From NCBI GenBank assembly GCA_965237525.1, contig CBDEFO010000006.1:413434-477433 (forward strand): DNA of 64,000 bases. The letters are read 5' to 3'. Position numbers and translations under genes: made by a program. This DNA comes from Candidatus Latescibacterota bacterium. Lineage in GTDB: Bacteria > Latescibacterota > CBDEFO01. Within the stretch, counting starts at the first letter, position 1, and each line of letters starts with the position of its first letter. A model generated the notes under the pieces. That model had not been told where the DNA came from. It did not search any database and saw nothing but the letters and a program-made list of their open reading frames with translations. Below, one piece after another: positions 50,476 through 61,301 of this stretch.

Positions 50476-52728
50476 GTGGCAAATGAACTCTTAGAGGCGG
50501 CCCTGTGCTATGAATCCATCGGGTGGTCTGTGATCCCAGTGCGGCCGGACAAGAAGCCCTATATCTCGTGGCGTGACTACCAGAAGGTCAGGGCGACGCA
50601 GGAGCAGATTAAGCTGTGGTGGAGAGAATATAAAGACGCACAGATCGGGATCGTGACAGGCCAGATTTCCAATATCGTGGTGGTGGATCTGGACGCAGCA
50701 GAAGGCATAACCTCATTCGACAAGCTGGACGACGGGCAGCCTACTGTATGCAGCAAGACCGGCTCCGGCGGCTGCCACTACTTCTACGCTATGCCGAAAG
50801 AAGAAGATGAAGCCAAACTGCTGCGCAATTTCGCCAGACGGATGGGCATAGACCTGAGAGCAAACGGCGGATACGTGGTCGTGCCTCCGTCGCAGAATCA
50901 AAAAGGGCAATATGAGTGGCGCATCTCTCCCGACAACCAGAACCCCTCAGACTGTCCAGTGTGGGTAATAGATGCGTGCAAAGTAGGTCAGACATTCCGC
51001 CCGATTGAATCTATCGGGGGCTGCGGGAAACAAGAACAGACATTCTTGTCTGTTCTACCGTCTTTAGAAAATGGCGTGGATAAAGGCAGTAGAAACGATT
51101 CTGCTGCAAGACTTGCCGGACACTTCTTCAGGCAGGGGAAGACAAAGACAGAGGTCAGCGCAGAGTTAGTCGAATGGAACGCAAAGAACAGGCCTCCGCT
51201 TGAGCTTTCGGAGCTGGAGGGCGTCGTGGAATCCATCGGCAGGACGCGTGCCTACAAGGCAGGCACGAATGACTGCAACGCAGGCGCCCATGCCTGCAAG
51301 GCAGAGGCAAAGAGTGACGTCCTGTGTGCTCTCTCTGAGGGCGAGCGCGGAGATGCCAAACTATTCGTCAAGCTCTACAGAGACAGATTCTGCTACGACA
51401 GCTCCGAAGGCACATGGTACGAGTGGAAGGGGCACTTCTGGGCGCCCGACAGGATCAGGGAAGCGAGGGCCTCCGTAGAGGGCGTGATCCAGATCTATAA
51501 AGACGAACTCCACAGACAGAGTCACACAGACAACGAGACGAAGACGAAGGACCTGACGAGGAGAATCACACAGCTCAGCACGAGGAGGCGGGCAGACGAA
51601 TGCCTTGAACTCTCAGCAAGCGGCGCTAACTCCCTGGCGATAGAGGGCCACGAATGGGACGTAGACCCCTACCTTCTGGCATGCCCAAACGGCGTCATAG
51701 ACCTCAGAACGGGAGAGTTGAGACAAGGCAGGCAGCGGGAATACATAAAGACAGTCTGTCCCACGGAGTTCAAGGGTACAGACATCGGCTGTCCCAAGAA
51801 GGGGACAGACGCTCCCTGTCCCGCATGGGAGGAGTTCCTGTTTCAGATATTCGACGAGGATCAGGAGTTGATCTCCTACGTCAAGCGGCTGCTGGGCTAC
51901 TCTATGTTGGGGCTTTCGACACAGCACGAATTCTATATCTTCTGGGGACAGGGAAGAAACGGCAAGGGGACCTTGTTTCAGGTGCTGTCAGATGTGCTGG
52001 GTCCCTATGTCTCGCAGGCCCCCAAGGAGATGCTCCTCTATAACCGCTTTCGGCCCGCAGCCTCTTCTCCCAGATCGGAGCTGATGGCCTTGAGGGGCAA
52101 ACGCCTCGTCTGGGCGTCGGAATCCGATGAAGGACGGCATCTGGACACCAGCCAGGTCAAGTGGCTCTCAGGCGGAGACTCCCTTGTGGCAAGAGAGGTC
52201 TACGGGAGGCACCAGGTGGAGTTTCGGCCCACGTTTACGCTCTTCCTCCAGACAAATCATAAGCCGAAGGCGAACGCCTACGATTACGCCCTCTGGGAGA
52301 GGATCAGACTGATACCCTTTAATCTCTCATTTGTGGACGACCCGACAAGAGACCACGAAAGGAAAAGAGACCCGAATCTGGTGGATAAATTGAAAGTAGA
52401 GGGATCGGGGATACTCTCGTGCCTCGTCCAGGGCTGCCTCGACTTCCAGGAACACGGCCTTCTGCCGCCTGAGACTGTAAAGCTGGCCACGAAGGCGTAT
52501 AAAGATGAGGAGGATATTTGGGGCCAGTGTACAGAGGAGTGCTTTAGAAAAGACGAAAAGGCAAAGGTTGAGGCGGGATCAGCTTATCCAATGGTTGTAA
52601 ACTGGTTCGACGAAAATGGATATGATTCGCCCAGCAAACAAATGTTCGGAAAAAGAATGGGAGAACGGTTCCACAAGGTTAAGCTTAGCGGAAAGGTTTA
52701 TTACCTGGGTATAGGAATGCTTGATTAG
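50476..52728 (+). CDS. Primase-polymerase / PriCT / D5-type SF3 helicase (P4-family primase)
   Basis: VVVDLD, TGSGGCHYFY, GGYVVVPPS; GSRNDSAARLAG; LACPNGVIDLRTG; GQGRNGKGT; VKWLSGGD. Confidence 0.9.
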   Translation: MANELLEAALCYESIGWSVIPVRPDKKPYISWRDYQKVRATQEQIKLWWREYKDAQIGIVTGQISNIVVVDLDAAEGITSFDKLDDGQPTVCSKTGSGGCHYFYAMPKEEDEAKLLRNFARRMGIDLRANGGYVVVPPSQNQKGQYEWRISPDNQNPSDCPVWVIDACKVGQTFRPIESIGGCGKQEQTFLSVLPSLENGVDKGSRNDSAARLAGHFFRQGKTKTEVSAELVEWNAKNRPPLELSELEGVVESIGRTRAYKAGTNDCNAGAHACKAEAKSDVLCALSEGERGDAKLFVKLYRDRFCYDSSEGTWYEWKGHFWAPDRIREARASVEGVIQIYKDELHRQSHTDNETKTKDLTRRITQLSTRRRADECLELSASGANSLAIEGHEWDVDPYLLACPNGVIDLRTGELRQGRQREYIKTVCPTEFKGTDIGCPKKGTDAPCPAWEEFLFQIFDEDQELISYVKRLLGYSMLGLSTQHEFYIFWGQGRNGKGTLFQVLSDVLGPYVSQAPKEMLLYNRFRPAASSPRSELMALRGKRLVWASESDEGRHLDTSQVKWLSGGDSLVAREVYGRHQVEFRPTFTLFLQTNHKPKANAYDYALWERIRLIPFNLSFVDDPTRDHERKRDPNLVDKLKVEGSGILSCLVQGCLDFQEHGLLPPETVKLATKAYKDEEDIWGQCTEECFRKDEKAKVEAGSAYPMVVNWFDENGYDSPSKQMFGKRMGERFHKVKLSGKVYYLGIGMLD

Positions 52729-52819
52729 GACGATAAGGACGTTTTACATGTAACTTTTCTAAAAAACGAAAGTTTTTTAATATACAAAAGTTTGCTACAT
52801 ATCGTCCTTATCGTCCTAA
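52725..52819. other. Candidate replication origin
   Basis: 17-bp perfect IR TTAGGACGATAAGGACG / CGTCCTTATCGTCCTAA around an AT-rich core, immediately after the primase. Confidence 0.55.
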
Positions 52820-52896
52820 ATGAGAGGCCATTTACTTTATGATTGACATCTGATGGTTGGAGAAAGACAAACTCACGTATTCAAAAGGAGGAAAAG

Positions 52897-53079
52897 ATGG
52901 ATACCCAGGAAATGCTTACAGTCAAGGAGGCGGCTAAGTTCCTAAGGTGCTCAGAAAGGCACCTGCGTCAACTAATACACTGCGGATTGCTCACAGCCTA
53001 CAAGCCGGGGAAACAGTACCTCCTGCCCAGAAGCAGTGTCCTCGGCTACTTTAGGAGATCCAAACACGCCCCCTTTTAG
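52897..53079 (+). CDS. Excisionase-family HTH_17 DNA-binding protein
   Basis: MLTVKEAAKFLRCSERHLRQLIHCGLLTAYKPGKQYLLP. Confidence 0.8.
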   Translation: MDTQEMLTVKEAAKFLRCSERHLRQLIHCGLLTAYKPGKQYLLPRSSVLGYFRRSKHAPF

Positions 53080-53115
53080 TAGGGGGCCTGCCTGTCCCCG
53101 AATTCTAACGCCTAC

Positions 53116-55941
53116 AGGTTGAATATCAAATGAAATCGGTGCACCTAATTTGATCTTTGTTTAGAAGCCTTGTGAAATAGTTATGTCCCAGGCAGCGTCT
53201 GAAGCGCCGATTATGGGTCAAAGAGTAGCATATCGTATCGTTTTGCTGTGGAATAAGCAAAATAGTCTTATCAGAGTTCTGGTCAGCAAGGAATAGGAGC
53301 TGTTTGAAGAACAGGATGCACTGTCTTTGACAGACAGGGCACACATAGACGCTTTCCCCCTTCTTATGAAAGATACAAGCCTCTTGAGATTCTGTACTGT
53401 TGCAACAAGATTCAACTGTTCATTCAGTGAGGCTGGTCCTCTGTAACGGGCTCGTCCCATACCGTGTTGTTGCCTGGCTTCAGCAAAGATATGTTCACTG
53501 CGTTTACGGAGTCTCCGGGAGAGTTTGTAGTCAGCTGTTAATGAGATAGACCGTGCATGATTTCTGGCTTTCGCCTCTCGCACTTTTCTATCCCGTTCGG
53601 CCTGAATATGTGCTGGATTTGTCTTGTTTTTCCATGTAGGAATCGGTTCAATCTTCTCATCGGCTCGCAGAGGAATATGGGGTATGATTCCCCGGTCAAG
53701 TACATCAGCGATAAAATTACCAGAACCGTAACCGGTATCGGCACTAAGTGTCTGAATGTCTTTGGGCATGGTGTATGTTTCAAGGTCATCTACCATCTTA
53801 AGGGCACTTTCGGGCTCTGCTGTCCCTGTCGCCTGCGTGCCCTGAGTCTCAAGGATTACTCTGCTTTTTGTGTCGATCAGATCATGGCCCATAAACGAGA
53901 GAAAAGCCCCTTTGCCCTTCGATTTGCTGTATAAGCGCGCGTCGGGGTCTGTAGTCGAACGGTGTGTTTGGTTCGTCCACTTTTCACCATGAAAGTCTTT
54001 ATCCTGAGGATGCCCGGACCTACCCTTTGTCTTATCACCTTCAAAACCGATTCCCTTGAGATAATCATCAAGAGAAACAGGGGGTTCTATCGGCTCAATA
54101 CTTTTCACTGAAGCATCAGCTTGTATCTGAGTGCCGTCGACACTAAGGTGTTTACCGCTCACAACACCGACATCTATGCAACACTGGACTACCTGACGCA
54201 TTATCCGTTCAAACAACCCACTGGATGCCCACTTGTGATTGCGAAGCTTGTTGATCGTGCTCCTATCCGGAACCGCATCATCAAATGTCTGATGACAAAA
54301 CAACCGATATGCCGCATGCATCCCCACTTCCTGACAGAGCCGATTCTCACTCAAATTATACAGATAGCCAATAAGGATCATTCGAACAACTAATTCAGGA
54401 TCAATACCGGGTCTGCCATTGTCAGGGCAATAACAATCTGATACAACGTCTCGTACAAATGAAAAATCAACTGCCTCATCAATCTGACGAAGGATATGAT
54501 CCTCGGGAACTAAATCCTCCATCTGAAAATAGTGAAACATCGGATTTGTCTGTTCCTGCTCTTGTGGGGTCATTGTTTCCTCCATGTATAATATTATCAA
54601 TAACATAATATAATACATCGGAGCTGCTTTATCAATGCTTGTTCTATACTACTTTCTGAATCTAAGGGTTTTTCACAAGGCTTTTAGAGTATTAGTAGAT
54701 TAAGTTGAGTTGATTGTCTTAACTTTAATCTACGGAGTCCTATGGACAAAGAGAGATTGGCCGTATTAAGACAAGAAGTCAACGAGATGTATTTTAAGAA
54801 AGAAATGTCAAAGCGAGAAGTTATCAAACAAGCGAGAGTTTCCAATGATTTCGTTACGGCTTGGACTAAATCTCCGGATCAGGATTTTGCCATGGATAAT
54901 CGGGGTTGGCCAAAAGGAAAAAGGCGAAAATTGGCTAAAGTTGACGAACAGAGAATCAAAGAGATTTACCATAGCTTAGAGGACGATCCTTATCAGTTCT
55001 ATTCAGGAGCCACTGTTATTGAACAAGAATGGAGGAATCGATATTCTAGCACCCCTCCTCCGTCGTTGCCGACTATCGGCAGAATGCTTTCAGATTTAGG
55101 ACTTTCCCAGAGAAGGAAGAAAGGTAAAAACAAGGGTGCATCTCGTTATCTTTGTTATCCAGAGTATACCATTTACTATCTTTTAGGAGGCAGAGTCCTA
55201 GAATCAGACTTTATTGGTAAAAAGTATCTTACCGGCAGAACTGAGCCGGTCAACTTCGTTGGATTTTCCTTTAAGAAAGAGCCTAAGTTAAGGTATTTTC
55301 GGCGGGTTGACGGTCAAACAGCAACTAACTTTATCGAGAAGTGTCAGTCTTTCTTTGACAGGTTTGAAAAACCAGATTTCGTTAAGGTGGACAATTGCTC
55401 GGCGACTATTGGCAGTGTTTCAGGTAAAAGGAATGTCAGCAAAGCAATGCAGTTTCTCTTGAAAAATCAAGTGATTCCGATATTTGCCGTTCCCAGAAGG
55501 CCCTTTTCTCAAGCATCTATAGAAGGCAACAATTCTGTATTTTCAAGGAAGTTCTGGAACAGAATTCAGTTCAAAAGCTTACAAGAAGTTGATCAGAAGT
55601 TAGAATGGTTTAATCTTTCATCACAGAGATACACCGGCTACCGTCCACCTAAGCAAGAGAAGTCAAACGAGAAAGATTTCATTCCCAAGACCTATTTTAT
55701 CAGACAAGTCAAACAGGACACAGAACAGACAGATAAAGCCTTTATCGATGTCCTAAATGAGAAAGTATCTCTTCCCTCCTCTTACACCAACTACTTTGTC
55801 CTGGCTGAATGGAACCTAAAAGAAGAACAATTATACATCCATTTTGAAAAAGAACAGAAACCAAAGATTGTCGAAAACCTATCATTCAAGATCAATCAAA
55901 GATCGAAAGAGAAGTGCACCGATTTCATTTGATAAATAACC
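53116..55941 (+). mobile_element. 1303-bp IS, copy C (transposase 54742-55932), carrying a nested IS1182
   Basis: Both IRs present; length 2826 = 1303+1519+4. Confidence 0.9.
53165..54683 (-). mobile_element. IS1182-family element, copy 2 (transposase 53218-54618)
   Basis: TSD TTAG; empty site tttgtTTAGagtatt is visible in copies A and B. Confidence 0.93.
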
Positions 55942-56240
55942 CACTACAGAGTAGGCCAGATGGCTGCATATATTATACCTTGGTTCAACAACTGACATTC
56001 TTATTATACCTTTATGCTTAAAAGTATAATAACGAATTGCTTTTGTCAACCTTAATTTACGGTACAAGGGAAAAGCTCAGTTGCCGCTACAGAACATCTA
56101 AGGCCAACTTCCCTTTCAGCCTGCATTCAACAGGCAAAAGGAGTCCTGCCCCCGAACGATTCTATCGGGCCTCTCCCCGAATGGCTCAATCGGGCGTCTA
56201 CCTTTACCTTCATTGCACCGACGCCTTCCCCTTCTTCTAC

Positions 56241-59200
56241 TTACTCAGGTTCCACTGTCAAAGCTCTGGAGAGCGTCACGCTCTGGTCGTCCGGGTTCGT
56301 CACAGTCACGTCGTAGACCCCCTCAGGCGTCGTCCCTGGAATCGTGGCCATGAGAGTAGTAGAATCAACAAACGTAACAGCCAGCATGATCCCGTCAATA
56401 GATACCCGGATTCCATCCGGCCTAATGGAATCCGGCGTATTGAAGAAATTAGAACCTGTGATAGTCACCACACTATCCATTCCCAGAGGCACATGATCCG
56501 GAACGACAGCATCTATCGTCGGAGCGGTACCGTCCTCTTCCACACCTTCCACTGTCAAAGCTCTGGAGAGCGTCGCGCTCTGGTCATCCGGGTTCGTCAC
56601 AGTCACGTCGTATTGCCCCTCAGCTACCGTCCCCGGAATCGTGGCCCTGAGAGTAGTAGAATCACCAAACGTCACAGCCAGCGCAATCCCGTCAATAGAT
56701 ACCCGGATTCCATCCGGCCTAATGGAATCCGGCGTATTGAAGAAATTAGAACCTGTGATAGTCACCACAGCGTCCGTTCCCGTAGGAACACTATTCGGAT
56801 TGACAGCATCTATTGTTGGGGCCTTTCCCTCCACTTCACCATTCTCGCCGTCGTCCTCTTTTCGTTCTTCCTCTTCAGACTCAAACTTAACTTCAGTGGC
56901 AAAAACCGAGCCGTCGGTTTGTCTACTTCCTTCTCCTTCGACTTCAACCTCTTTGCCTTGAGACAGCAGACTCTCGACGCTATCCAAGCTTACAATCGAA
57001 CCCTCAAAGATTGTAGTACTGTCCGTCACAACAATCAAACTATTAGTAAGTGTGAAGCTATTGTTGTCCAGGTTAACAGTGGAGACATCTCCTTCAAAAT
57101 CAAGCTCTCCATCCCCGTCATCATCTTCAAAGGCCTCAAAAGATTGCGCAATGTTCTCCGCGATCTGTTCTATGATTGTTGGATCCGTTAGATTTAAAAG
57201 TTCAGTTGGATCAGAACCAACTAACCAATTGGTTACATTTACCATCAAGGAGAGATTTGTGGCAGATGTGTCCGAAGCTATCTCCAGAGGAGGTATTAAT
57301 TCGGTTTCCTGCTCAAAATCTTGTTCAATAGATAAGGTGAAACCAACTGAATTATGAATTCCCTCGATAATGATGCTTTTTTCAGTGCCTGCAAAATCGG
57401 CGAATTGTGGATCGTCTGGGTCGGCATCGTCTGCATCCAGTTTCTTCACCTTAAATTCAAATTTGTTATATATCCCTATTGGGATTGATCCAGCACCAAT
57501 CTGGGTTATGGCTCCCTGCAAATTTAAGTCGACAACAACCGGTCCTATTTTGAAATCAGCAATGTCCTCCACTGATGTCTTAAGCTTTACCTCTTCCAGA
57601 AGGAGTCTTACCCGGGTAATAGCGATGCTCTGGTTCGAGCCTGGTGCTCCCACCACTTTGGGAGAGACGGTTGGAGCTTGCAAAGGAACGCCAAGACTTA
57701 AAGATACATTCTCAGTGGGGCCGGTTAATGCTTCTGTTCTGCCAAAATTGTCAATAAAGATAACGAAATCACCAAGGCCGACTGTACCATCGTTATCTAA
57801 ATCATATCTTGCATCTGATGTGCCAAACCCATCTAAAAATAATACGAAATCACTAAGGTCAACTTTGCCATCTGCATTAAAATCACCAGTTAAAGCAGAT
57901 GCAATTTGTGGGTGAGTTAGCAATATAAAAACAATCATACTAAAAGCCTTGTGAAAAACCCTTAGATTCAGAAAGTAGTATAGAACAAGCATTGATAAAG
58001 CAGCTCCGATGTATTATATTATGTTATTGATAATATTATACATGGAGGAAACAATGACCCCACAAGAGCAGGAACAGACAAATCCGATGTTTCACTATTT
58101 TCAGATGGAGGATTTAGTTCCCGAGGATCATATCCTTCGTCAGATTGATGAGGCAGTTGATTTTTCATTTGTACGAGACGTTGTATCAGATTGTTATTGC
58201 CCTGACAATGGCAGACCCGGTATTGATCCTGAATTAGTTGTTCGAATGATCCTTATTGGCTATCTGTATAATTTGAGTGAGAATCGGCTCTGTCAGGAAG
58301 TGGGGATGCATGCGGCATATCGGTTGTTTTGTCATCAGACATTTGATGATGCGGTTCCGGATAGGAGCACGATCAACAAGCTTCGCAATCACAAGTGGGC
58401 ATCCAGTGGGTTGTTTGAACGGATAATGCGTCAGGTAGTCCAGTGTTGCATAGATGTCGGTCTTGTGAGCGGTAAACACCTTAGTGTCGACGGCACTCAG
58501 ATACAAGCTGATGCTTCAGTGAAAAGTATTGAGCCGATAGAACCCCCTTTTTCTCTTGATGATTATCTCAAGGGAATCGGTTTTGAAGGTGATAAGACAA
58601 AGGGTAGGTCCGGGCATCCTCAGGATAAAGACTTTCATGGTGAAAAGTGGACGAACCAAACACACCGTTCGACTACAGACCCCGACGCGCGCTTATACAG
58701 CAAATCGAAGGGCAAAGGGGCTTTTCTCTCGTTTATGGGCCATGATCTGATCGACACAAAAAGCAGAGTAATCCTTGAGACTCAGGGCACGCAGGCGACA
58801 GGGACAGCAGAGCCCGAAAGTGCCCTTAAGATGGTAGATGACCTTGAAACATACACCATGCCCAAAGACATTCAGACACTTAGTGCCGATACCGGTTACG
58901 GTTCTGGTAATTTTATCGCTGATGTACTTGACCGGGGAATCATACCCCATATTCCTCTGCGAGCCGATGAGAAGATTGAACCGATTCCTACATGGAAAAA
59001 CAAGACAAATCCAGCACATATTCAGGCCGAACGGGATAGAAAAGTGCGAGAGGCGAAAGCCAGAAATCATGCACGGTCTATCTCATTAACAGCTGACTAC
59101 AAACTCTCCCGGAGACTCCGTAAACGCAGTGAACATATCTTTGCTGAAGCCAGGCAACAACACGGTATGGGACGAGCCCGTTATAGAGGACCAGCCTCAC

Positions 59201-59506
59201 TGAATGAACAGTTGAATCTTGTTGCAACAGTACAGAATCTCAAGAGGCTTGTATCTTTCATAAGAAGGGGGAAAGCGTCTATGTGTGCCCTGTCTGTCAA
59301 AGACAGTGCATCCTGTTCTTCAAACAGCTCCTGTTCCTTGCTGACCAGAACTCTGATAAGACTATTTTGCTTATTCCACAGCAAAACGATACGATATGCT
59401 ACTCTTTGACCCATAATCGGCGCTTCAGACGCTGCCTGGGACATAACTATTTCACAAGGCTTCTAATGAACGCGGCAAAATAGTAGATTCTACCTTTGGT
59501 CTTCAT
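56241..59506 (-). pseudogene. Secreted surface protein (dockerin/EF-hand-like, DUF4382-like, DUF5666-like, 2x IPT/TIG), interrupted by IS in its signal peptide
   Basis: Removing the IS restores MKTKGRIYYFAAFISMIVFILLTHPQIASA-LTGDFNADGKVDLSDF; duplicated ~297-bp IPT units at 56250-56820. Confidence 0.8.
57944..59462 (+). mobile_element. IS1182-family element, copy 3 (transposase 58009-59409)
   Basis: TSD CTAA. Confidence 0.93.
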
Positions 59507-59811
59507 GTTGACCCCCTTTACAAAGTTTATTAAAACGCGATCCCATTGTGACATCTTCTGTCATAGTCTGCCTGTCTGCTGGGCGAGCGGCTCTTGCCCC
59601 TACGTTAGTGTATGCTCAAAAACGAGATTGGCAGCAGAAAAACTGTGCTTGACATAGGGTAAAAATATTGTATCTTGTTGAATCAAGCTGTGATTCATGT
59701 CACACCATCTTTCCTAAAACAGCGTCTTTACTAAAAATGAACGATGTTTCCAAAAATAAGTCTAATAAGAGAAAGTGAACCCAGACCTGGCATTGAGGAG
59801 AGCAAACCAAT

Positions 59812-59997
59812 TTGACTGAGGAACCGACACCGAAAGAAGATCCTTCTGAAGAACACAAGAGACGCTTTCGTGAAGCCCAGGAGAACGTTAAGAGGATACG
59901 GGAAGAACTTGAGTCGCAACTTAGACGCCTGAAGTCCCGGCAATCTTCAACCGAAGAAGATCCTGATTCTGAAAGTCCTGAACCTGCCCTCGAATGA
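59812..59997 (+). CDS. Small hypothetical protein, paralog of 61042-61245
   Basis: HKRRFREAQENVKRIREELE vs QRKRFREAQKSFEELQKEIE; RBS GAGGAG. Confidence 0.5.
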   Translation: MTEEPTPKEDPSEEHKRRFREAQENVKRIREELESQLRRLKSRQSSTEEDPDSESPEPALE

Positions 59998-60135
59998 ATG
60001 TGTCGGCGATCAGAGTCCCCGATCGGGAGCAGAAAAAATGTGATTGACATCACACAGCCGTTTTCGTATCTTTTCCTTGAGATGTGACCTGTGTCAGAGA
60101 TTATTTGCCAAAACTGACTGATAAAGGTATAAGCA

Positions 60136-61035
60136 ATGGCCAAAGAGAAAGTGGATCCAGTTTTAATCCAGGTTGGAAATGAACAACGTCAAGAACACGA
60201 TACGAGAAAAAGGATCTTTGCCAAACTCTAACAGCAACTAGAGAGGCCAGTCGTATCCCTCTTTACCAGCTTTAGATATCCAGTTGCTCTTGTAGATGAA
60301 GACGCTGATATGTTAGAAGGCGTTTTGCAAGAGATGGATTTATCGAGAGGGTTTGCTTTGTTTATAAGCTCTCCTGGTGGTGATCCGCTTGCGGCTGAAC
60401 GGATAATTAATATCTGCCGAAATTATAGTGACACAGAAGAGTACTGGGCTATTGTCCCGGGCAAAGCTAAGTCTGCTGCCACTATGGTTTGTTTGGGGGC
60501 AAGCAAAATTATTATGGGCGCGACTTCCGAGCTTGGACCTATTGACCCCCAGGTACCAATATACAAAGAGGGCGTCATAGATAGGTGGACTTCTGCATAT
60601 AATTTGGTCACAAGTTATGAAGATTTATTCGCCAGAGCGGTCGAAGAAAAAGGGAACTTGCAGCCGTATTTACAGCAGTTAGCAAACTATGATGAAAGAG
60701 AAATAGCAGATCGTCGAGCGGATCTGTCTTTATCAAAGGATATTGCGGTAAGGGCACTTTCCCGTGGTATGATGCAAGGCAAGCCTGAGGAGAACATAAT
60801 GGAAAAAATAGAAAACTTTGTAACACCGGAACAGACGAAGACGCACGGGAGGGCTATTTACAGCGATGAAGCATCTGATAGTGATCTCAAAATAGAAGAA
60901 ATAGGTGTGAACGATGGCCTTTGGGAATTACTTTACGAGTTGTATATCCGCACGAACACTTACGTATCGACAACTGTTGCAAAGTGCACTGAAAACAAGG
61001 AACATTCATTTGCCATTTCACCGCCCAGGAGGTGA
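60136..61035 (+). pseudogene. ClpP-class (SDH_sah) serine protease with in-frame TAA at 60229
   Basis: ISSPGG, AKSAATMVCLGA, SELGPIDPQ, THGRAI; upstream frame MAKEKVD..AKL*QQLERPVV. Confidence 0.8.
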
Positions 61036-61041
61036 GTCAAA

Positions 61042-61245
61042 ATGAGTAAGAAAGCTACGCCGTTAAAGGAGATTCCAGCAACACAGCGAAAGCGCTTTCG
61101 TGAGGCACAAAAGAGCTTTGAGGAACTGCAAAAGGAAATCGAGCCGTACATAAAACGCCGAGAACTTAAGCCGATTGCCAAAGCAGAAGAATGGCGAAAG
61201 ACGACCAGTCTCCATTCTCAAACTTCTGAGGCGGACGCATCGTAA
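61042..61245 (+). CDS. Small hypothetical protein
   Basis: RBS GGAGG; coupled to the protease gene. Confidence 0.55.
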   Translation: MSKKATPLKEIPATQRKRFREAQKSFEELQKEIEPYIKRRELKPIAKAEEWRKTTSLHSQTSEADAS

Positions 61246-61301
61246 CCGTACGCTCTGGAACGTTGAAGTCCACTGCCCTCCTATCTACCCCCGATCGGGG
61301 A

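Larger units (their letters stand above)
28106..53079 (+). mobile_element. Integrase-less podovirus-type prophage remnant / candidate domesticated (GTA-like) element
   Basis: Collinear terS-terL-[cargo]-portal-scaffold-decoration-MCP-adaptor-nozzle-amidase-primase-xis. Confidence 0.8.

Noticed and set aside
56037..57191. 384-aa plus-strand ORF
   Set aside because: Antisense shadow of the IPT-repeat surface protein.
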